A stretch of DNA of 62,657 bases, counting the filler, from Sluysia triapertura (Eukaryota): the NCBI GenBank assembly GCA_046118255.1. It is 5 parts of 5 records of this genome, joined end to end, with 100 filler letters (N's around TTAATTAATTAA, not from the genome) between each part and the next. Parts side by side here need not be neighbours in the genome. Positions count along the whole stretch, not along the records: positions 26,891 to 38,810 come from JBJNIA010156158.1; positions 38,911 to 51,668 come from JBJNIA010083699.1; 3 more parts are not named here. One strand, written 5' to 3'. Below the pieces are notes generated by a model. That model worked only from the letters and a program-made list of their open reading frames with translations, was not told where the DNA came from and searched no databases. Positions 35,711-47,700 of this stretch are shown here, one piece after another; position 1 is the stretch's first letter; the number at the start of each line of letters is the position of its first letter. Position numbers and translations under genes: made by a program.

Positions 35711-36861
35711 ATCGATTTTTTTATGCTTTTACTGCTGTCTATCCCCAAACGTCCAATCAAATTTCAATTATTTGTTCTGGATTGGCTGTCTAACCAGAGA
35801 TATAAAAATACTAAGCAGAACTACTCTGGTTGGACAACCATTAATAAAGCAAATCGTCTTCATGTTGCAAAAAATGAACCACTATCAATGGTGACAGGGA
35901 TTAACAGATAGAAACTAACAATGTTACCATTGATAATGGCAATCGCTGATTAGAAAATCAAATTTAATCACAAAATGATAAAGATAAAATAATAATAATA
36001 ATGAGAATAATAATAATGTTATTATTATTGTTAATGCATAAAATCTTTGCTCTTGAAACTTATACGATCTTTCTTTATACTCTTTACTATTTTGGACATA
36101 TTTGAAACTCATATGTTGGATAATTATTAAAGAATTTTAAACTTAACTATGATTTTTAATGTTGTACAATAATTTGTAGAATGTTTAAAATGAATTTTTA
36201 GGTACTAATTAATGTTTTTAGCTTATAATTTAGTCTATAATTTAAATATTTTGAAATAATATGAATATTTAAAATGGATTATAATGTACATTGATGTTTT
36301 GAATAAAAATAATGTTTAGCTATTTGTAGGTGTGACGTAAAATGCATTGAACTAAAGTGTAGTTTAATGTATGAAAAGGAGATAAATTATGACCTATGAT
36401 TTGGTACATTGTAAGAAGTAATTGTGTCATGTGGGAAAAGGTTTGATTTTAGTTATATTGACGTAGGATTGTGTAAAAAATGTTTTTAAAGAATTTATGA
36501 AAATGTATGTTGTATTTATTGTTAAAATTTGTCAAGGTCATAGATAGGCCACCACATTTCTTTATTTGTGAATGCTTTATATATATATACAAAGACATCT
36601 TTTAACATTTAATTTGTTTCTCGAAATATCTATTTTTTGATTTATAATAATAATAATTTTAATTTTATTATAATTAAAATAATAATTTTTTAAAATAATA
36701 CAATTTTAATAAATTTTTATAATATTTTAATAATTTTATTTCTACATAAAACCATAAAATTAAAAATATAAAATTAAGATTTTTTATACCTTTACAGTAT
36801 TGTTGTGTTACAGTATTTCTGGAATAATAACTAAATTTTTTAAATCTTGTTTTCTGATTAT

Positions 36862-37345
36862 TAACCCCTTAGATACGAGTATATTTCACAATATTGCACT
36901 TGCAGGACGCAAAAAATATCCGTTCATCAAGTAAAACTGTCTATCACTATTTCTTCGTCATTGTCACTGCTAGTATGACTACGATCACTAATCTCTATTT
37001 CATTCAAATATTCTTTTTCATCACTGTCTGATGTGGGAAAATCGCGAGAAGTTGATAGTGTACTCATAATAGAAAAATAAAGTTATAAAAAATAGAGAAA
37101 TCCGAATGAAAGTAATGAAACGACGAGACTAGTGAATTCATATTTTATGATTTCCGTAATTTTAAGTCCGGAGTAGACGTAATACAAACACATTAGATAT
37201 CCTATCATACTGTATACAACTGATATAGCCAAGCGCTAAAATAAATAAACACACATTCAACACATACTCAGCAGTAATGAGCGTTATTCGGCTATTAATG
37301 CTACTGGGCTATCATAGAAGATGTGAATCTCAATTAAAAGGTTTA
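36862..37345 (-). mobile_element. Possible non-autonomous piggyBac-like remnant
   Basis: TTAACCCC terminus; acidic SDSDEKE..SSDNDEE peptide on the minus strand; the other terminus is poorly matched. Confidence 0.3.
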
Positions 37346-38989
37346 TATATTATATGACAAGATATTTAAAAAATTTTAGTTTTGGTTTTTGTTCTTAAAT
37401 ACCTTATGGAAAACATTAAAGTAAAAAAGAATAATCCCAATACTACACACTGTCATATATTGATTATATTGCTCATTTGAAATGTACAATAAAAATAATC
37501 AATAAACACATAACTCTACTATAAACTCAATTATTAGTTTTCAAGTCAGTGAACAAATTTTGAAATTTACAAATTGGAATATTACTGCAAAAAATACAAT
37601 TGTAAAATGCAACAACACCAACAACAACTGCAACCATCATTTTCAGTAAGTTCTTGTTTTAATTTATTCAGAATTTAAACGATGAATCATAAATTTGTTT
37701 TTATAAATTAATGATTTGTTTAAAATTCCAATGTTTGAATTAAAATTGATGAGTCACAGTCATGGTACATATATAAAAAATGGGAGGGATAAATTTCTCT
37801 TGAGTATTGATGCATGCAATAGTTAGTTAAATTTATTGATAATAATAATAATTATTATTATTATTATTATTCTAACGAATTTGACAACTAAAATTGGATT
37901 AAGAAGGATTAATTGTAGATCAAGCAAAGCAGAAAAATAAAAAAGTAAGTTACGAGAAAAGAGAAGATAAATATTGAGATTTTATTTGATAATAAAATTT
38001 CGATTATGTTTATGAAAGTAGATATTTTTCAAATGATTTACTTTATATGACATTCGTTTGACTTACGAGTTTTATATAAACTTAGTATAACTAAACAATT
38101 AAGTCATTGTATTAATATTATTAAATATTATATATTATTGCATTATAATATTTTGTTTAATATATGTATTGTAATATATGTATAAAATATAATCATTTTT
38201 AATGGTTTCGAATTTTTATAAATTAAATTTGAACTAATTATAGTAATTACAAGTCTTATCCAAAGTTTTCTAAACATAACTATATAACCGACTGTAAAAA
38301 TTAAATAAAATTAATACTAAAATAAATTTAATAAAGTGTTACAGTTAAACAAAGAATAATTAGGCAAAAATTTAAAATATAATGTAAAATATAATATTTA
38401 GCAAGTATTTTGTAATTTTATGGATGAAAATAAAATTATATAAATTACAAAATAAAAAGTAATTTTATATTTTAAACAATTCTCTATTTTAATATTGTTT
38501 GTTATTTTATTATTCTTATCTGCAAAATGAATATTTAGTATGCATACGCCTGAAATATAAGGCTTATATTCTTCTCGAGAGACGTACCTACATTATTTTA
38601 AAGTATATTAGTAAGATCTGTATGTTTATCTTATTCTTTAATGACTGCTGTTACGAATTCTTTCTTATTAATCTTTATTTTACTGAAATAATTCATATAT
38701 AATAATCCCTTTGGATTCTTAAATTATTTATGAAACTTCTTTGCTAAAAACAAACCAAAGAATCATTAAATTTATTACTCAAATACAAAACTATTGAAAT
38801 ATACAAAATCNNNNNNNNNNNNNNNNNNNNNNNNNNNNNNNNNNNNNNNNNNNNTTAATTAATTAANNNNNNNNNNNNNNNNNNNNNNNNNNNNNNNNNN
38901 NNNNNNNNNNTATATGGTATTTAAAACCATATGATTCGATTATACTTGAAACATCATTGATATATATTATAAACAATAATGGACCAAAT

Positions 38990-39783
38990 GATAATTTATT
39001 GATTTATATTTGGATTTATATTTATTTTATATTTGGATAATAATAATTATTATTAATTTTGTAATTTACACGGATTTCTAATTAATTACTCTGATTTTTA
39101 TTTTGAAAACAATTAATACTAACGTATGTAATTTTTGTATATTATTAAAAAACTTTAATATTTTTTTAATTGAACTATTTTTGTTTTAATTGTTAAAAAA
39201 TAAATAATTTTGTTTTATTCTGGCCAAGGTCAGTTAAGTAAGTATTTAAACATCGTAAAAAATACACAAGACACACATTTTTTATAGTTTAAATTAAGTT
39301 AATACAAATTTTCAATATTTCATTTGGAAAAATAATTCCGTTGGACATTGAGATATAATTGTTTTTCAGAAAGGACTTGCCAGATTTTTCATACAAAATA
39401 TTTACGTTAGTTTATTATATTTAGTTTGGATACCATAAGTATCCACGTAAAATAAATTTTGAAACTTATAATAGTTTCACGTAAAATACATTGTTAAATT
39501 ATTAACTAAGGTTAATTTTTCGTAACATATTTATTAATATTTATATATCTTTTGTGTCATATTAAGTTTATAATACAAATTACTTGAGATTTTCTTATTA
39601 TTAACAAATAACTTCTACAGCTTTAAATTTATAAAAGTTTTTATCAGAATTTAATTCTGATATCGCAAAATTTAATTTGACTGACAAGCATTTAGGCAAG
39701 CATTGAAATATATTTTTAAACTTTTCAATTTCAAAAAGGTTTTACTTTATTCTATAAGTCTATTAAATAAAAAAATTCTCAAA
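38990..39783 (+). mobile_element. LTR, family A, decayed (3' motif deleted)
   Basis: TTTACGTTAGTTTA..GATACCATAAGTATCCACGTAAA and CTGGCCAAGGTCAG shared with the other A copies. Confidence 0.55.
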
Positions 39784-40518
39784 GATAAAACACGCGCGCA
39801 CATATATATTAAAGTTTTTCTTTTATTTAATAAATATTTCATGCGTTCAGTTTTGTTAAATTAACCACTATTAGAATAGCGTTAGAATGGACTCTCGTTC
39901 TTTTCACTTTCGTATTCCGTGAGAATCCGTTGTAAAGCGGACTCTATAGGCGGACCCATATTGACATTACGTTTATTTTGCTTGCAATTTCAGAATCAAA
40001 TTTTCCTTTATTTTGGAGTTCTATGTTTCTTACTTATCTCCTATTCCACAGTTGGACAATACAAACACTATTACTTCTCATTTCACCCATTCATCGTTAG
40101 TCTGTCTATACTATTTAACATCTGACCACTAAACTATGAACCCTATCTAACAATTTTAGATTATTATAGTCAATTGTACTATCATTATTCTTAAAGGCAC
40201 TTTAAACCTTACCTCAACAATTAGCGTTATTAGCAGCACTTATATTGTGAAAAATATTTTTTCATAAAGTCATTTTAACTATCATTTGAAAATTAATTAT
40301 TTGTATTTTTTGATTTATTGTGGTAACTCATTATATAAAACGACTTCATAAATTGAACATTTTATTTTATTCACGTTGCCATTAATAAAGTTTATAAACA
40401 AATTTCATTTGATACAAAATAATTATATAGACATTTTTATTTCTCCAAAAATATATTCCTATTATTTATTTCAATATTTAGGTGATGTACTTTAGTTTAT
40501 AAGAAAAATGATAATAAC

Positions 40519-41144
40519 CTTTAATGTAACACATTTTCAATTTCTTATTTTTACAACAACTGCGAGGTATATTTATTTTGGCAATACTAGGCCAATCAAG
40601 TGGACCATTTGCTCCGCAACACTGAAATGCAGTTTGTAATCTATCAATTAATAAATGATCTTCAGAATTTATAAATTGTAAATATTCGTTATTTTGAATT
40701 GCTACTGATATTTTACGATCTATCTAAATTATAACATTATTTCAAATGTTATTGTTATTTATGAATTTTTAAAATAAATTCAAATTTTCAAACCATTTTT
40801 TCATTATCATACCGAACGAGTGTCGCTTTAATAAATAATGATAATTCTAAACTCGTAATAACGATAAATGCAAATGCAAGACCAACAATTTGAGACGTTG
40901 AAACTGATGCAATTAAGGATAACCGACACATAATTGATATTACACCAGCCAACACAATTAAGATAATAAATATTGATAGTGGTAAAAAATCTAAGAATAA
41001 ATCATAAGTATAAAATCGTTTGTTTTGTTGAAGGCTGGCGATAATTAATAACAAAACGCCACAAGAAAAAGTAATAGCATTAAACACGTATGAAAATGTT
41101 TGACGGCATGATAATAAAAAACATGAATTTCTTACAGTTTTCAT
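40519..41144 (-). CDS. Tetraspanin (exons 41144-40794 and 40723-40519; last exon not identified)
   Basis: Three TM helices in exon 1; 70-nt GT-AG intron; exon 2 IDRLQTAFQCCGANGPLDW..IPRSCC (CCG and PxSCC motifs). Confidence 0.9.
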
Positions 41145-41760
41145 ATCTAAATCATTGAAATTGGATTAGCGAACGTATAAATATATTAGAAATAAAATTT
41201 ATGATCTGTTAACAGATAAGAGTATATGACTCAATAATATGTGAAGCGTAATTTATGCATGAACTTATTAGTGTAAATGATATGTCATTAATAAATTTTT
41301 CTTTAAGAATAATACTAATTCAAACTTAAATAAATTGAAATATTTTGATGTTATGCATGATTCATTTTTTATCTACAGTTATAAATTAGTGTAGATTCAA
41401 TGACCTAGAACAAAATATTAAATTAAACTTTACTGCATTTTACTAACAATAATGTTTCGAGCAAAAGTATTTTATATTTGTGATAATTTTGTTTATATCA
41501 ATAAAATAATAAAAAGGTTATATAGATTAAAAGTATGTATTTTCTTTAAATAAATACATATATATTAGTTTTTGTTGATCATTTGTTCCATGTTTTATTG
41601 TATTAACCAAAAGTTAAAAGTAAGTGTTTTATGTATTAGGTATCAATTAGATGGTTCTTTTGTTAAATAGAATTAGAAATTTTATTTATTGTGTTAGTAT
41701 ATTATTTACATTCAAAATGTTTTTTGTTAGTTATTTCATATATCACATTAATTTATATAG

Positions 41761-44700
41761 GTTTCGTCTTTTCAAAATATGCAACAACTGGTGATGCATC
41801 TAAAAGGTTATTTTATTATTTTTGCATTATTTTCTGATAGATTCAGGATATATCAAGTCTGATAAAGTTGTTGAAACAATGTTATCAATTGATCGAAAAC
41901 ACTTTATACAAAATAATCCTTATCAAGATTCACCACAATTTATTGGTTTTGGAGTAACTATTAGCGCTCCGCATATGGTTCGTGTTGTATTTATAATTCA
42001 AATTTTGAAAATAACTATAAATATAATTTAATACTTTTGTTTAGCATGCTACAGCCTTGGAACAACTAGCACCAAAACTTGTACCAGGTGCACGTATACT
42101 TGATGTGGGTTCAGGTAGTGGATATTTAACAGCTTGTTTTGCAAAAATGGTTCGTACGTTTTTAAATGTTCTAATGGAAAGTTTTATTATATAATATGAC
42201 CATAAATACTTACTGTATTCTTTAATTAATCAAGAAAGATGTAGTGATTATTTTGTTTAATATTTACTTTTTTTGAATTGTTACATAAAAAATTTAAAAG
42301 TTATCTGACTGTAAATTGTTAAGTGCACTGAAATTTGAATTTAAATATAATCCAATCTATTGCAATAATAAGTCAAATCTAAAACAATAACTTATTTATT
42401 ATAAATACTGTGCTTCTAAATTAACGTTTTGGTCAAATCACAAGAAAAATACTTATTCATTAGTATTCTAGATATTTAACAGCAATAATTGAAAGTAATT
42501 TTCCAAACAAGTGTCATTTAGTATTTTCGTACAACTATGAATTGATTTTTTTAGTAAAAACACTTCCCGTACTTCGTCTTTTGATGATATTAAATAATGT
42601 TTTCGTATTGTTATCTGTGCTTTCTCCATTGTTCTTCCTATTGCGCTTTGAAGTCTTTGCACTATATTATTAGTACTGGACCTATAAGAACACTGAAAAG
42701 TAATTTGTACTCCATATATGTCGCACACTATTTGGAAATTCTTATTTATAAATACCATAACTATTTTTACCCAAATTTCATTGGACGACTATGCTTAGAA
42801 GATTCTAATTAACTTTGACTGGAGACTTTCTTGATTCAAGTTTCCATATGGGCGTGACTTTCGCTGTCACACAACCTATACATTCGAAATAATATCCTTT
42901 GGGTAATTGAAAATACGAATTCCTAAGAGAACTTTAAATTAAAACGCACCCTCAGAAGTCATTAGTGTAAGCTTAACTGTTGATATTGAAAATCCCTATA
43001 GATACGTCGCCCGTAAGAGTGAAAATCGTCCACTATAGTAGACCATAAGATAATGATGTTATTTTGTAAGTCGAATTTCGTAGGATACAATTGCAAATAT
43101 ATGATTTGGAATGAGTAGTTCATCCAAAGCGCGAAGTAAGCACAAAAGTAAACATAAATACAGAGAAAGTTATCGAGATGTTCACGGTGATTATGATAAT
43201 TAGTAATAATTATGATAATTGTGCAATTAGTTACTGATAGGCGATGTAACCAAAATATCCGGTAATAACTGGAGAAATTCGAACTGCAAACGAAATAATA
43301 ATTACGAATTATTTCAAAATCAATCTCAGGAAAATTGAAGTTCCATTAAAAGTGACACCTGGAGAAAGAGCTAATAATGTTTTGTTTTTAAGTATAATGA
43401 AATTTTTTTATATAAATTAATAAACAGTATGCAAATTCTATTCGTTCTCATTTTTAACTTTAAAGTTTTAATACTGGTATCGTATAAGTAATGAAAAATT
43501 GGAATTTTATGCTGCTCTGTGCAGTTTTAAATCTAAAATTCAATGTATTTATGTGATTAATTTTTTAAATACAAAATATCATATTATACATATTTTGTTT
43601 TAGTTCCTTGATAACGAAGTGTTTGAAAGTAGATAATAAAATGTCATAGATTTTATTCATAAAAATCATAAAGATCCCACTCCAAACGGTAACATATTAC
43701 ATTACAAACAGGAGCACGTCAAGGCGGAGCATTGGCAAGCTCGTTCACAAATAAAGATGGGTTGAAAATATGTATAGCCACACCTACATTCAGTTCGCTT
43801 TTGTAATGATTAGGAGTAGATGCCGAATTAGAAAAGAATAAAGGGTACAATATTTATCAATATTAATATAGAAAGAACGGATGTGGTCAAAAATTTTCGC
43901 CTCATTCTATACAAAATAAAAAAAGAAATGAACATAGAATAATAGATTGTAATAATAAATACATTCTTATTAAGTTAATTGATAATAATTTGTTAATGTT
44001 ATTATGTTATTGTTATATTGAAAATATTTAGAAAAGTGTCACTTAACTATTTTTAAAAAAAGGATTTACAGGTTTAGAAAATTTATCCCTCAAAATATTC
44101 TGTTGCCTATAAAATTTCTTGAGTTGATGTCGTCTGCTATTGCGTTTCTCGGATTTTGTAAGACCGAGTGTTATCATTAAATGCGGTTGTTTTACCAAAG
44201 AATTAATATTGCTTTTTCATGATAAAAAGGAAGACTCACTGATACTCCAGATTCCAACTTATTTAATATGTCAGTGGTTTCTAAAGACAATGTATAAGTA
44301 TAGAAACGGCTAATTTTCTTTCTTTTGAATATTTCGCAATCTTTGAGTATAACACATTGGACAAGAAGGGAATTAAACAAGAAGTACAAGTCACGAAAAC
44401 GAAATGGTGTGCACGCGGACACGCAACCGCACGTTATTTTTAAGTGGCTTTAAGCAAATGGAACGAGCCACGACCTGAGTTCTCATTAAAATTGTTTAGA
44501 CTAAAAAATATAAGATAATAAATGCAAAATACCTAAATTATTAATAAATTGCATATTTAATCATAATAAGGACATTGGAAGTGAAGGTAAACCTATACCT
44601 ACACGCATACAAATAAAAACTACAGATAAAAACTACATAACGAAATAGGTTCATTGGCCGGAGGCCTCGACCCGTAATGAATGGGGCTCAACCACTACAC

Positions 44701-47700
44701 ATGGTCAAGTTTCACCTTTTCTATACTGATATAAAAAGATGAGCCTTTTTACGAATGAATAAGTAAAATTCATGAGTCTGCATGATAAGATTAACTACAA
44801 GTGAAACGGAAAGGACAAGAATGAGAATGTAATTATTTAAAATAAAATCATGTAATATTAAAGAAGAATTGTAGTTAACAGATTTACATTGAATTTCACT
44901 TGGTGTTAGTATTAGTAGTTTCGCTGTGGGATCCATTTATATATTACGTGACATTGTATTTTATTGATATCGACATCCTTATCTATTACTGGTACTCTTA
45001 GATCGTATGCTCTAAGTGTTATATTTCGGTTTTACGTAGTATCCATATCTGTATTATCAACATTCTGGTACTTGGCAAATGAACCAAATTGATTTCCTGA
45101 TTAAGGGAAACTAATCCATACTGTAATCCATCATAAATTTCATGCGCAATAATATTAATAGTGTTTTCTAAGAGATTCTTGACCTGCGCTATGGCGATAA
45201 ATAGTCATTGGTAGTTCTACTGTCACTGAGAATTCCTGAAAAGTAAAAGGTTTCGTCCTAATTTTATATTTTTATATTAATACAATTTTGGAAACATCCA
45301 GTAAATTATATTCGACTTCCAACATAAACTTAACGTAAAACAACTGATATTCATAAAGATCATCACAATATGTTATCCAGTATAAAACGTGTCTAGAAGT
45401 TTGAAATTTGTTTTGACACCAGTTGGGAATACAGCATTGCATTATAACATTCAATAAATAGTATCATAAATGTCTCTTTGTTGAGCATCCTTTGGTATTA
45501 ATTCCTTTGCATGAAAATTGAAAGAAACAGAACCTCCACAATACATGTAAAACACGTGCATGCCACGCTCTGGCGAGTATGAGCTCTTTTGAACGCTAAT
45601 GATTGTTATTTTCTTACAGTATAATCATATATTGGCGGAGGAATTAACATTCCTGGAGGTGGTGTATAATTAACGTGATGGGGAATCGTACAATGGTCGT
45701 TATCATAATTAGAAGGTAAACAAGGATATTTGCATTTATTTAAAACGAATAGTACAATAATCATTATTACTGTAATGAATGCAATGATGAATGCAATTGT
45801 AACTGTGATCCTTTGGCACCTCTTAGCGAAAAATGTAAACGTTCCGTTCTCCTAGATGGGAAATGAATTTTAGCTATTATAAATTCTTCATTAGCCAAAA
45901 AATCAGAGCATATTACATATGAGTTCACTAAATTAAGTCTTGCAGGTCGAAGACAGATATCGAATATCTTTATACAGAATATCTTTAACTCGAATATCTT
46001 TATGCTGTAACTGGACTTTTATTTCCGTATTTGGATTATAGAAATCGAAATACTCGGATTTGAAAAATTATTACTATCTGGTCATGCATTTCTTTTTGAT
46101 TGTATATGGGCACTCTAAAGGTTTCTTATGATTTTATCTTTTATTAACGGTATTTCATGTTTGATTATAACAGAATCGCCAATATCATTTATTTTTTGCT
46201 ACTACCAATATATTCTGTCTTGTAGTTTTTTATTTGTAATCTGGATTTCTCCACTCTCCTCATCGTCTATCTCTCGTTTTATAGCATTAATTTTGCTTTT
46301 ACTTAAAACAGTGTTTATTTGTATTTCAAAAGTATAATTTACGATTTCCCAATTTTAAACCTGTATATAACCAATTATCATCATTGGTGTTCTACCTTCA
46401 CATATGTTACATACTGAATCTGCTATGCCAATGTCCATTTTTTTCCTGATTTGATTCCGAAGCTATGAACATTATCCTACTAGTTCGTAGACTAATGTAT
46501 TCATTTCTACATATTGGTTCGTCTAAAAATTAATTGTTACAGTGTATAGTTATTTTGAGTAGCTATACATCAATCTTGCCTTATCAAAATCCAATACTAC
46601 CCCCATAAGTTTTGACAAAATGTCCATTCTCATTATCATATAATCTTGTAGTTTCGTATTGTAATGGCCGGGTTAATTTGGAATTTACATTATAAAAAAC
46701 AATATTACTGATTATGGACTTAAGGTCCGTTCTAAATTTTAAGTATTTGATAACGTGAAAATGATATCTTTCATTACAAATAAATTCTCGAGAATTATAA
46801 TCGATAAAAAACGGCTTAAGGCCTTTCTTATTACTTTTATTTACAAAATTAAAATCATTAAAAATTGGCTTAAGGCCTTTCCTCAAAACAGTACAAAATT
46901 CAAAATAAAAGCAAAAATAAAACTCCACTTCATATTTTAAATCAAATAAAAACAATATAACTTCGTGGATACATAATTGTTCAACATTGAATTCAACCTA
47001 TCATTGAACCTGTTCAAATGTGTCTGCATTGAGAATTCTAGTATAACGTTCGAGGATGCACGAAAAAAATTAATTTGTAACATATCTCCGAGTGATTTAT
47101 TGCAACTACCAAATGTTTTGAAAATTTTTAAAATGTATAAAAATCTTTGAAAACTAATAAATTTTGAAATGTACATAAATTTTATATTAAACGTTATCTG
47201 GTTTTTAATTGGCCAAAAAATATCAGCAAATAATAAATGGATATTTGTACATGCAAGGATAGTTTCTTCTGGTTTCCTATTTGAACTCAAACACTGTTAC
47301 ATGCTTTATGTGTGCTTCGAATTTTAGATATATTGTGAAATATTCAAAGGCTTCCGAAAACACGTCTAAAGCTTCTGATCTTCTAGTGGATCTTGAAATA
47401 ACGTAGGAAAACAAAACCAAAAAATAGAATACCAAGTTTGAGTGTTATCGCAGGTTATGTTAATGCGAATGAGAGAGGCGACATTAGAGAACCAACAGTG
47501 CAATTAATTATCATAGTTTATATATTTATAATTCTATTTTAGATCTTATAGTCTGTATAGAATGTGGAAAGGTTATGATGTCTACGGAATATTTGTAGGT
47601 GAATTTGATGTAAATTTATGAATGTCTATGACACTATACGTATGACTCGTAATTTGATATCAAATTTATTTTGACTGAGTTCACAGTGAACCTTCATTAT

